Part shown: positions 1 through 7,772 of the stretch, in pieces
How positions within the stretch are numbered: the stretch's first letter is position 1
Layout: the number at the start of each line of letters is the position of its first letter
Origin: a virus
Virus record (IMG/VR): IMGVR_UViG_3300006735_000026
Coordinates: 1 to 64,000 of that record
Reading direction: 5' to 3' (one strand)
Length of the DNA: 64,000 nucleotides
Translations under genes and position numbers: made by a program
Notes under the pieces: generated by a model
What the model was told of the DNA's origin: nothing
Database searches by the model: none
The model's input: the letters and a program-made list of their open reading frames with translations, nothing else

Positions 1-1031
1 ACATGATGTCCCCCAAACATATACCGCATTCCATTTAAGATTTTGTTGCCGAATTCCCCCAGTCTGCGAGAATTAAAGCGTTCAAATAGTGCGGCAGAGA
101 TAACAGGTGTGGGTACACCAAGAGCCACAGCAGCGTGAAGAGTCCAACGACCTTCACCAGAGTCTGATACTCCCCCATCGAACTTGCTAAGTTTAGGATC
201 GTGCCGTAGAACGTCAGCGGTAAGATCAAGTAACCAAGAACCAACCACGCTACCACGACGCCATAACTCAGCCACTTCAACGGTATCAATATCGTAGCAA
301 TAATCTTTCGGATTCTCCATCGGAGCCACCTCAGCATCCCCTTCCTTAATATATTCGGAACCAAGATTACCATGGTGTAAAATATTAAACCCTTCGGCAT
401 ACGCCTGCATGATTCCATATTCGACTCCGTTGTGAACCATTTTTACGAAATGACCTGCGCCAGGACCGCCGCAATGTAACCAACCGTACTCAGCACTGGT
501 TGCCCTAGTGTGTGGGTCTGTGCGGGGTGCAGAGGCAATACCTGGTGCCAGTGCCCTGAAAATGGGGGCACAGACAGATACTGCTCCAGTTGTACCACCA
601 ACCATAAGACAGTATCCACGCTCCAGACCGTAAACTCCACCACTAGTACCACAGTCAATATAGTGGATGCCAAGTTTAGAAAGCCTTTCTGCCCTCCGTC
701 TAGAATCCTTAAAGTTGCTATTGCCATGATCAATAATAATATCCCCGTCGCCAAGTAATGGTAGTAACTCATTGAGTGTGTCCTCTACTAATTCTGCGGG
801 AATAACCAATTGAAAGATGCCAGGAGATTTACCAACTTGACCGTCTTGGTGTTGAACTATTTGAACAAGATTTTCCAGAGAAGTGGCAACTCCACTGACA
901 TAACCCTTTTCATACGCTTCTTCAGCTTTTGCATAGTTCCTCCTGTAACCCCAGACTTCGATGTCTTGCTTCATCATACGACGAGACATACCCTCGCCCA
1001 TACGACCAAGACCAATCATTCCTACTTTCAT
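1..1031 (-). CDS. gnd: 6-phosphogluconate dehydrogenase (decarboxylating), runs off the window edge near its C-terminus
   Basis: Not in the ORF track; translated by hand. Starts MKVGMIGLGRMGEGMSRR (Rossmann GxGxxG) at ATG 1031 and ends in the same frame with VSDSGEGRWT...VPTPVISAALFERF...MRYMFGGHH at base 3. Typical cyanophage auxiliary metabolic gene. Confidence 0.95.
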   Translation of the reverse strand, partial: MKVGMIGLGRMGEGMSRRMMKQDIEVWGYRRNYAKAEEAYEKGYVSGVATSLENLVQIVQHQDGQVGKSPGIFQLVIPAELVEDTLNELLPLLGDGDIIIDHGNSNFKDSRRRAERLSKLGIHYIDCGTSGGVYGLERGYCLMVGGTTGAVSVCAPIFRALAPGIASAPRTDPHTRATSAEYGWLHCGGPGAGHFVKMVHNGVEYGIMQAYAEGFNILHHGNLGSEYIKEGDAEVAPMENPKDYCYDIDTVEVAELWRRGSVVGSWLLDLTADVLRHDPKLSKFDGGVSDSGEGRWTLHAAVALGVPTPVISAALFERFNSRRLGEFGNKILNGMRYMFGGHH

Positions 1032-1034
1032 AAT

Positions 1035-1208
1035 TCAACACTTAAATTGGATTGCCGATGCTTGTCGGCGTTTTAGTTCATCGGCAATATTGCCGAGTTC
1101 TTTGTAACTCGCGTCACCGCAAATGTAATTGCGCTGACGACGCTCTACAGCTTCAATAATTTTACCGTATTCTCTCTGAGTAAAATCAGGGACGAATTCG
1201 TTAGACAT
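1035..1208 (-). CDS. hypothetical protein, 57 aa (MSNEFVPDFTQREYGKII...)
   Basis: Hand-translated; fills the gap before gnd; GAGG Shine-Dalgarno-like sequence upstream. Confidence 0.6.
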   Translation of the reverse strand: MSNEFVPDFTQREYGKIIEAVERRQRNYICGDASYKELGNIADELKRRQASAIQFKC

Positions 1209-1250
1209 AAAATCCTCGTTGTTTAATTTGGGGCTTGCACTTATGTATCT

Positions 1251-1472
1251 CTATGATTGAATAGTAATTTTCAACCAGGGGAAGATAGGTTCTATAACTC
1301 CAATAAGTCGAAGCAAACCTTCAGCAAAAAGTGCAAGCACAATCCAGCCAACACACATTGAAATAATTGAAGCATTACGATTATGCTTTCGTATTGCATC
1401 ATCGATCATCTCCTGTACTTGTTCTTTAGTCACGACGTGACTAGGTTTGATTTCCTCAAATCTATGTGACAC
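1251..1472 (-). CDS. small membrane protein, 73 aa
   Basis: One hydrophobic segment (IISMCVGWIVLALFAEGLL); overlaps the PTOX stop. Confidence 0.7.
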   Translation of the reverse strand: MSHRFEEIKPSHVVTKEQVQEMIDDAIRKHNRNASIISMCVGWIVLALFAEGLLRLIGVIEPIFPWLKITIQS

Positions 1473-1974
1473 TGATCAACTCCATTGCCCTTGATAGTTC
1501 TTGTGAGTGTTCGATCTCATCATTCATGATATCAAGGATATCTTCATCTGGTCCATTTTGTTCCAGATACTTTGCATATGTTTCTGCCGCATGAATTTCT
1601 ACTTCGTATGACAGATGGTATGCAGACACAGGAGCCACCCAGTAATAAACCACATTGATCCAATAATAGAGGAGTACGAGGTGTCTGGCAAAAGCGCGAT
1701 CAATCCAATAACGATTACCGCCCCTGCTTTCCATGTATTCCAGATGCTCTGTTTCGTTAAGAGTTTGAGCAAAATGTTCCTCCATCAGATAGATGTGTTC
1801 TGGACCCCGCAATCCCATGGACTCCCTCAAGTGTAGAACACTTAAGAACGCGAAGTAGGGTGCCCTAGCAATTTCTTCAAGCACCCAGAAGCGTTGGTAG
1901 TCTCTGCCCTTATACAGGAAGTCAATGATTGCTACCGTGATATTCAGAGTAACTTCATTGATTTTTTTCATCAT
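1462..1974 (-). CDS. plastoquinol terminal oxidase (PTOX)
   Basis: AOX/PTOX di-iron motifs LEEIARAPYFAF, NETEHL, EVEIHAAETY and DEIEH; adjacent to petE as in cyanophages. Confidence 0.95.
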   Translation of the reverse strand: MMKKINEVTLNITVAIIDFLYKGRDYQRFWVLEEIARAPYFAFLSVLHLRESMGLRGPEHIYLMEEHFAQTLNETEHLEYMESRGGNRYWIDRAFARHLVLLYYWINVVYYWVAPVSAYHLSYEVEIHAAETYAKYLEQNGPDEDILDIMNDEIEHSQELSRAMELISVT

Positions 1975-2294
1975 TCAACATGTACTGTACCGATCATGCC
2001 CGCCCCTTTGTGGGGAGCACACCAATAAGTATAGTCGCCTGCATCAGCAAAAACAACATCAAACTCCTCACCTGGTAACATTGCAAGGGATTCATGACCA
2101 AGATCAGGACGACCCTCCACAATCACGTTGTGAGGAGGAAGCATGTTGTTAACAAAATGAACGGATTCACCAGCAGAAATAGTAACCTCTGAGGGTTCAA
2201 AGACTAGGTTTCCGTTAGAACCCATCTGAACATCAACTGCCCATGCTGGCATAGCAAAAAATAGTGCAGCGAATAAGGAAAGAATAATCTTCAT
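1971..2294 (-). CDS. petE: plastocyanin with signal peptide
   Basis: Signal peptide ending AWA; PHNV and YWCAPHKGAGM type-1 copper ligands. Confidence 0.97.
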   Translation of the reverse strand: MKIILSLFAALFFAMPAWAVDVQMGSNGNLVFEPSEVTISAGESVHFVNNMLPPHNVIVEGRPDLGHESLAMLPGEEFDVVFADAGDYTYWCAPHKGAGMIGTVHVE

Positions 2295-2314
2295 AGTACC
2301 TTATGTAACTACAC

Positions 2315-2322
2315 TATCTATG
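2315..2322 (-). promoter_or_regulatory. possible T4 late promoter variant (CATAGATA) for petE-PTOX
   Basis: 6/8 match to TATAAATA, about 20 bp upstream of the petE start. Confidence 0.35.
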
Positions 2323-2345
2323 ACTGGTGTTTGAACGTATTACCT

Positions 2346-2639
2346 TTAACTGTCAGGCATTGCTGACTTCTTTGTCATGGCGTCTAATTGACCATCGACA
2401 TATCCTCTTCGGTAGTCCCAAGTTTGACCACCAATAGATCCTCTCTTAGGATTAATACACTTTGGATAGTCGGGATCTTCTTTACTAATATTGTTACAGA
2501 CTAGTCCAGCAAGGTCCATCTCGTTACCTTTGCTTCCTGTACCAGTCCAGGTATGTTGTCCGTTAAGCCAAACGGCACCACACTTCTCGCACTCTTTCCG
2601 TTCCATGGAAAAAGACGATACTTCTTTGGGATCAGTCAT
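2346..2639 (-). CDS. hypothetical protein with CxxC and further Cys/His, possibly metal-binding
   Basis: ECEKCG...H...GLVCNN...KCINP; AATAAATA late-promoter-like site at ~2672-2679. Confidence 0.7.
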   Translation of the reverse strand: MTDPKEVSSFSMERKECEKCGAVWLNGQHTWTGTGSKGNEMDLAGLVCNNISKEDPDYPKCINPKRGSIGGQTWDYRRGYVDGQLDAMTKKSAMPDS

Positions 2640-2708
2640 ATAATGCAGTATCCTCTGATAGTGGTTTTACCTATTTATTGTAACACGTTGATGCAATTTG
2701 TCAAGCAA

Positions 2709-4025
2709 TCAACAATTCCACGCTCTCAATGACTTGGACAGACGATCATCCCCAGTATTATTAGAGGGTTTCTGTCTCTTTCTCATACCCTTCATTCTAG
2801 CGCAGAAGGATTTCCTGCGGGGATTTCCAACCTTCTTGCTTGGTGCTTTAAGGTCTGATCCAGGATTCTCTCTTTCATAAGATTTGCGTCCCTTTTCGTT
2901 GAGTCCCCCTTCTGAGTTCTTTCCTGCTTTTTTGGTCCAGGCTGCCCCTTCATTTGTTACTTCTTCCTTTTTGACGCAGCGGTTGTACGTTTTGCCGAAG
3001 AGTTTCTGGGATCCTTTCTTTTCATAACCTTTCCAGCATTTCTTTGCTTCGTTGGTTACTTCTTCATTCTTTGGGCGGCAATCATTTACCAACTTGCCTC
3101 CCTTCATTTTCATGCCTACTTTTTTATGCGTCTTCCAACATTCTGCTTGGAATTCAGCAAAGGTTTTCATACCTTCAAATTCTTCTTTTTTGCTCTTGTT
3201 ACCCCAGTTTGCAGCACCTACTTTTCGACATTTGACCAATGCCCCGCTGGCATATGCGCTCGGCCAAACAGAATAACGAGATTTAACTTTTTTGTAGCAA
3301 GCGTCCTTCTCACCCTTGCCTTCGATTTGTAATTCTTCTTTTTTCAAACCTAAACGTCCTAAGATAGATTTTTTCTTTTTGGGAGTTGACTTATGACCAT
3401 GACGTTTGGCGTAGTCCATGTAGGACTCACCTGGTCTAAGTTTTTTCGGATCTGATTTTGGTTTAGACGCAGCAGCACGATCTTCGCGAGCACGTTGGTT
3501 CGCACCAGGACCACCCAATTTTCTATCCTTGTCAGGATCGGGATGCCAATAGTCTCCCCTTTCATTGATAGTCTCTTCTGTTTTCACGTTGATTGCCTTA
3601 CCTTTACGATCAGGATTCGGATCTTTAGCATTCTTGCGACGGAATGCTGCATCCTCTTCCTTTTTATTTAGGTTGCGTTTCATTTTACTTGAACCGCACT
3701 TGGGTTTTGTTGTTTGTCCAGGTTGCTTTGCACAGGGTTTTCCTGCATATTTACCACCGAGTTGAACCCAACCAGGCTTGCCATCAGAAGACTTACTCTT
3801 GCTAAACCAGTCACGGAGAGAAGAATCACCAGATTTGTTTTCTTCACCGAAACCCTGTCCTGACTTCCACGTTGGTTTTTTCACTTGTTTTTTCTGTGCG
3901 AGTTTGTTTGCTGTGGCATGCATAACTTCTTTGTCACGCATTCCATAAAGATCTTTAAAGCGACGAGAGTTTTTACTCTTCATCCCCCTAAAGATTCTCT
4001 CTGCTTCCTGGTTAACTAGTGGCAT
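2709..4025 (-). CDS. Lys-rich modular protein, probable head internal (poly)protein
   Basis: Likely start MPLVNQ at 4025, directly after the upstream stop. Basic modules are separated by EExx(N/I)E linkers, and there is an internal MKTFAEFQAE. Confidence 0.75.
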   Translation of the reverse strand: MPLVNQEAERIFRGMKSKNSRRFKDLYGMRDKEVMHATANKLAQKKQVKKPTWKSGQGFGEENKSGDSSLRDWFSKSKSSDGKPGWVQLGGKYAGKPCAKQPGQTTKPKCGSSKMKRNLNKKEEDAAFRRKNAKDPNPDRKGKAINVKTEETINERGDYWHPDPDKDRKLGGPGANQRAREDRAAASKPKSDPKKLRPGESYMDYAKRHGHKSTPKKKKSILGRLGLKKEELQIEGKGEKDACYKKVKSRYSVWPSAYASGALVKCRKVGAANWGNKSKKEEFEGMKTFAEFQAECWKTHKKVGMKMKGGKLVNDCRPKNEEVTNEAKKCWKGYEKKGSQKLFGKTYNRCVKKEEVTNEGAAWTKKAGKNSEGGLNEKGRKSYERENPGSDLKAPSKKVGNPRRKSFCARMKGMRKRQKPSNNTGDDRLSKSLRAWNC

Positions 4026-4026
4026 A

Positions 4027-4560
4027 TCAACCGATCCTTTGAACTTCCTCAACAACGATTGCATTACCAGTTGCAGCAATACTTACACAACGTTTGACGA
4101 TTGCTTGGGGACCGCTGTAAGCGTAAGTGTAATCAGCAGATGCAGAAGATGAATCGATATCAGTGCTGATTGTGTTTCCTGTTGCAGCAGTGATTTTCTT
4201 GCCAGCGGTGCCAGCAGAAAGGAAGTTGGAATCGATAGCAGGCGAGGTGCTAGCATCTTCTACAGCGATAAAATCTCCAACGGAGAATGGGTGTGTATTA
4301 GAAACTTCACCAAGGTTTGTACCGAGTTGATAGTCTGCCGTACTATCATCCACTGCCTTGACAATTCTTGCTTGTCCAGGTTTGCCACCCTTGAGAATGA
4401 GTGCTTGGTCTTGAATCAAAGTGATTGCAGGACCACCATTAAATGCAACTGTCGCATCACCTGCAGTTGCAACTACGCGATAGAATCCAGTTTGAACAAC
4501 TTGGTATTCTGTAGCATCAGCAGCGATTGCATTGGTGCTTAAAACATTTAAAACTGTCAT
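4027..4560 (-). CDS. hypothetical, probably virion-associated protein (177 aa)
   Basis: Ala/Thr/Gly-rich beta-type sequence preceded by a late promoter. Confidence 0.7.
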   Translation of the reverse strand: MTVLNVLSTNAIAADATEYQVVQTGFYRVVATAGDATVAFNGGPAITLIQDQALILKGGKPGQARIVKAVDDSTADYQLGTNLGEVSNTHPFSVGDFIAVEDASTSPAIDSNFLSAGTAGKKITAATGNTISTDIDSSSASADYTYAYSGPQAIVKRCVSIAATGNAIVVEEVQRIG

Positions 4561-4566
4561 GTTATT

Positions 4567-4998
4567 TTAATTCGTGTCCTCTTTATTTATCTCCTTTTGT
4601 TGCTTTAACATTTTCTGTAACTCCGCTGTACTGCCAACAAACATCGTGTTATTAACAGTAGACGGTCCAGACTTCTTTTCATCGGCATCCAACTCCTTCA
4701 TTTTCTTTTGTAAGTCAATGAGTTTATCTGCAGTATCTGCTACGTTTTTGATAAGTTGACCTGCAACTTCATAAGCACGAGGATGATCTGACGCTCGTGC
4801 CACGTCAAGTATGCCATCAACTGCCTCCTGTCCTTTCATTACCAAGTTGTGAAGTTGAGCACGAGATACTTCGTAGTCATGCTTCACATCTTCGGTATCA
4901 GATTTTTTCAATACTGGTTTCACTTTTTCCACATGTTTTTGGAGTTCAGAAGGTTCTGTTCCAAAAGCATCATTTAGTCCATCAGAAGGATTACCCAT
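4567..4998 (-). CDS. terminase small subunit gp16
   Basis: DYEVSRAQL...SDHPRAYEVAGQLIK...NNTMFVGSTAELQK; follows gp15. Confidence 0.93.
   Translation of the reverse strand: MGNPSDGLNDAFGTEPSELQKHVEKVKPVLKKSDTEDVKHDYEVSRAQLHNLVMKGQEAVDGILDVARASDHPRAYEVAGQLIKNVADTADKLIDLQKKMKELDADEKKSGPSTVNNTMFVGSTAELQKMLKQQKEINKEDTN
4584..4591 (-). promoter_or_regulatory. T4 late promoter (GATAAATA)
   Basis: 7/8 match to TATAAATA, inside the end of gp16, ~25 bp before the next start. Confidence 0.55.
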
Positions 4999-5000
4999 TT

Positions 5001-5786
5001 TTAAATTGCCTCGTCAGCGCCACTTGTAGGATTACGTTTCTTATTGTCTGTAAAGTCTGCGAAGGTCTCGCCAAATCCGAAATCATCATCAGCATCTGCT
5101 GTAATCGGATCTGGTTGAACTGTGTATCTGACTTCTCTTGGTGCCGAAGTTGTATCCGTAGTAGAATACATATCGGTGATAACCTTCTTGATGACCTTGC
5201 TTTCGGTAACAGGACCGTATAGATAAGTTTTTACTGTAAACTGTAAAGTGTAGATGATTGCTCTGCGCTGCTGGAAATCACCCTCATAGTCATCTTCATA
5301 ATCAATACTAGTTAAGACTACAGGAACATCCTTAGACTCGTTCATTGCCGCTAACAATTTAACCGAAAGGTTATAATGCGGTTGGAAGAATGGTAGAATT
5401 TGTTCTAAGATTTGCAAACCATCTTCTTGATTCTTAGAAATGATTGCAAGTTCAAACCCTAGGTTGTAGGGGACGGGCATGAAAACATTACTGTTTTTGT
5501 CCGAATCTTTTGCAATTTTAATTTTCTGAGTAGGTGATACTTTCCTACCAGAATCATATTGAATGCTATTAATCTCAAAAGAAATTCTAGGTAGAGTGAT
5601 CTGAACTCTTTTGTTAGTCGGATCAGGTACTTGGTCTAGACGCGCCAGAAACTTTTGCTTAGGACCATATGCCAGAGGCACTTTCATCACCTCGTCAGAA
5701 CGACGAATTTCAATGTTGTTGAACAAAGTTCCAAACGCAACAACAGTCTTTCTAAAGATTTCGTTATATGAATATGTGCCTAACAT
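5001..5786 (-). CDS. tail sheath stabilizer/completion protein gp15
   Basis: YNEIFRKTVVAFGTLFNNI, VPLAYGPKQKF, LPRISFE, QILEQILPFFQP. Confidence 0.95.
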   Translation of the reverse strand: MLGTYSYNEIFRKTVVAFGTLFNNIEIRRSDEVMKVPLAYGPKQKFLARLDQVPDPTNKRVQITLPRISFEINSIQYDSGRKVSPTQKIKIAKDSDKNSNVFMPVPYNLGFELAIISKNQEDGLQILEQILPFFQPHYNLSVKLLAAMNESKDVPVVLTSIDYEDDYEGDFQQRRAIIYTLQFTVKTYLYGPVTESKVIKKVITDMYSTTDTTSAPREVRYTVQPDPITADADDDFGFGETFADFTDNKKRNPTSGADEAI

Positions 5787-6958
5787 CAGATTGTAGTGTC
5801 AGTAGTTGAACCAATTGAACCAAAGGGGTTGCCTTCGGTAAAGTCGATAATATCGTCGTCCGCTGTTTCAAATGAATAGTTTTGGTCGATGCTATCTGCA
5901 GTGTTGGTATTATTTAGAGTGTTGTAAGACTCAGGACTCCAGAGAGCACCAGAGGTAAGACCTTTCACGGTTTCGGAAGTGTTGAAAGTTCCTGACCTGT
6001 TGATGATTTGAAGTTCTCTTGAACTAGAGTTCCAGGACTTGACTTCTGCTCTACTATCCTTGGGGGAGTAGTCCACTGTGACAGTAGGCGCAGAACTATA
6101 ACCGCTCCCACCAGCGGTGACAGTAATGCCAGTAACGATACCAGCACTAGAAACTGTAGCAGTCGCTGTAGCACCATTTCCACCACCTCCTGTAATTGTG
6201 ACTGTTGGTGGTAAAGCAGACTTGTAGTGCTCACCACCATCTGTAACTGTAATAGCGTTAACTGCATCGCCAGAGATTGTTGCAGTTGCCGTAGCAAGGT
6301 AAAGATCACCAACGATCTCTTCACCAACTGTAAAGTCTCCAGACCCACCTGCATCCATTATTAGTTTGATGCTATTAGCAAACGCTGTTTCAATAGCATC
6401 GATTTCAGCAACACCAGTGTCGATTTCTTCGTCGCTGTACTCGAAGAGTTCGCATTGACATTCCCAAACATATCCTTTTCCTAATTGGTAGAAGGGTCTT
6501 TCTGCTTCTACAAATTTAATTTCAAATAAATGTTTTGTTCTAGGGAAATAGATTAGGTCCCCCTCGTTCGGTCTTCCTTCGACATTAAGGACTTCAAGGT
6601 CATCAACCTTTTCTTTAAACTTCTCACGGGAGAAAATAAACGTTGTCTTGTCTTCGACGCGAACTCCAAATTTGCTAAGTAACTCGCCTTGTCCTTCCCA
6701 TCCTTCAACATTATTGACATAAGCCCTGACGGACCTCGCGCTGTCAAACGTCGAATCAATGTCTTCTCCGAGGATTGTATCACGGTTGACCAACGTGCGA
6801 GGAAGGTAGAAAATATCTTGCCCATATATTTCGATGCTTTCAACAATAAGGTTCTCCATGAACTTCTGCTCTTGGGCAGAACCATTGACATTCAATCTAC
6901 ACGCTGATGAGTAGTCTGACTGTACGCAATCTGATGGAGTTTGGTTTGAATATGCCAT
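5786..6958 (-). CDS. neck protein gp14 with C-terminal GGSGY-repeat insertion
   Basis: ESIEIYGQDIFYLPR, LSKFG, RPNEGDLIYFP, LFEIKFVE, PFYQLGK. Confidence 0.95.
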   Translation of the reverse strand: MAYSNQTPSDCVQSDYSSACRLNVNGSAQEQKFMENLIVESIEIYGQDIFYLPRTLVNRDTILGEDIDSTFDSARSVRAYVNNVEGWEGQGELLSKFGVRVEDKTTFIFSREKFKEKVDDLEVLNVEGRPNEGDLIYFPRTKHLFEIKFVEAERPFYQLGKGYVWECQCELFEYSDEEIDTGVAEIDAIETAFANSIKLIMDAGGSGDFTVGEEIVGDLYLATATATISGDAVNAITVTDGGEHYKSALPPTVTITGGGGNGATATATVSSAGIVTGITVTAGGSGYSSAPTVTVDYSPKDSRAEVKSWNSSSRELQIINRSGTFNTSETVKGLTSGALWSPESYNTLNNTNTADSIDQNYSFETADDDIIDFTEGNPFGSIGSTTDTTI

Positions 6959-6959
6959 A

Positions 6960-7766
6960 TTAGCCTACCAGGTCCAGTGGGGGAATTTCATATGTGTCAC
7001 GAACTGATTCTTCAAGATCTTTCTTGAATTGACTTGCGTCCTCAAGAATTTGACGACCGTTAAGAGTTACACCACCAAGCATTTGAATGCCATCATACTT
7101 ACTTAGGTTTCTACCCCATTGCTGTTGGAATAGTGCCTCAACATAATCCTTTAACCAAGCATCGTTATACATGCCAGTAAAAGTATCAGGATCTTGACGC
7201 ATGACAACTTCTACAAGAATAAAATCTCCTGCTGTCAAATCGGACCAATCCATGTCAAGATACAGTCTGCGCTGATGCTCATTGAATCGGACCCTACGAT
7301 TCGCTTGAGAGTTAGTAACAAAGTCCAAAGTCTCAAGATACTGAGAAGTCATGAAATAATGCAGGATATGTCCATGCGTCATTGCATAGATATCATTCAG
7401 AAAAATTTGGTACTTAATATTAAATATGTTTCCAGGAACGATACTAGAAGCACCGATCTGAGTATAAACATGATTAACAGAGAGGACCCCTGGTGGGAGT
7501 GAAACGTATTCATTGCCTTCTGTCCAATCAGTGCCTGAAATAGCACTTCCCGTTTTAGCTGCCGTTTTAATAGCATCGGTTACCTCAATTTTGATGAATG
7601 CTTTGTAACTGCCGTTGTAATGAAACTCCTGATAATAATCAATCGCCTCTTCTACCAGATCATCCAGTTGCTCATCACATACGTTAATATCGATGGCAGG
7701 GAATCCTAAGCGTCTGAGAGCATAGTTTTTTAACTCAGTTTTAGTAGCGGGTCTAGTTGTTGACAT
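6960..7766 (-). CDS. neck protein gp13
   Basis: ELKNYALRRLGFPAIDINV, WLKDYVEAL..QQWGRNLSKY, GGVTLNG. Confidence 0.95.
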   Translation of the reverse strand: MSTTRPATKTELKNYALRRLGFPAIDINVCDEQLDDLVEEAIDYYQEFHYNGSYKAFIKIEVTDAIKTAAKTGSAISGTDWTEGNEYVSLPPGVLSVNHVYTQIGASSIVPGNIFNIKYQIFLNDIYAMTHGHILHYFMTSQYLETLDFVTNSQANRRVRFNEHQRRLYLDMDWSDLTAGDFILVEVVMRQDPDTFTGMYNDAWLKDYVEALFQQQWGRNLSKYDGIQMLGGVTLNGRQILEDASQFKKDLEESVRDTYEIPPLDLVG

Positions 7767-7772
7767 TTGTTA

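Noticed and set aside
35-772. ORF-track entries 35-418 and 443-772 (minus strand)
   Set aside because: Alternative-frame shadows of gnd, which the track missed because its stop lies outside the window.
1035-1208. Possible CP12 beside gnd
   Set aside because: Only one Cys and no CP12 C-terminal C...P...C..YDD motif.
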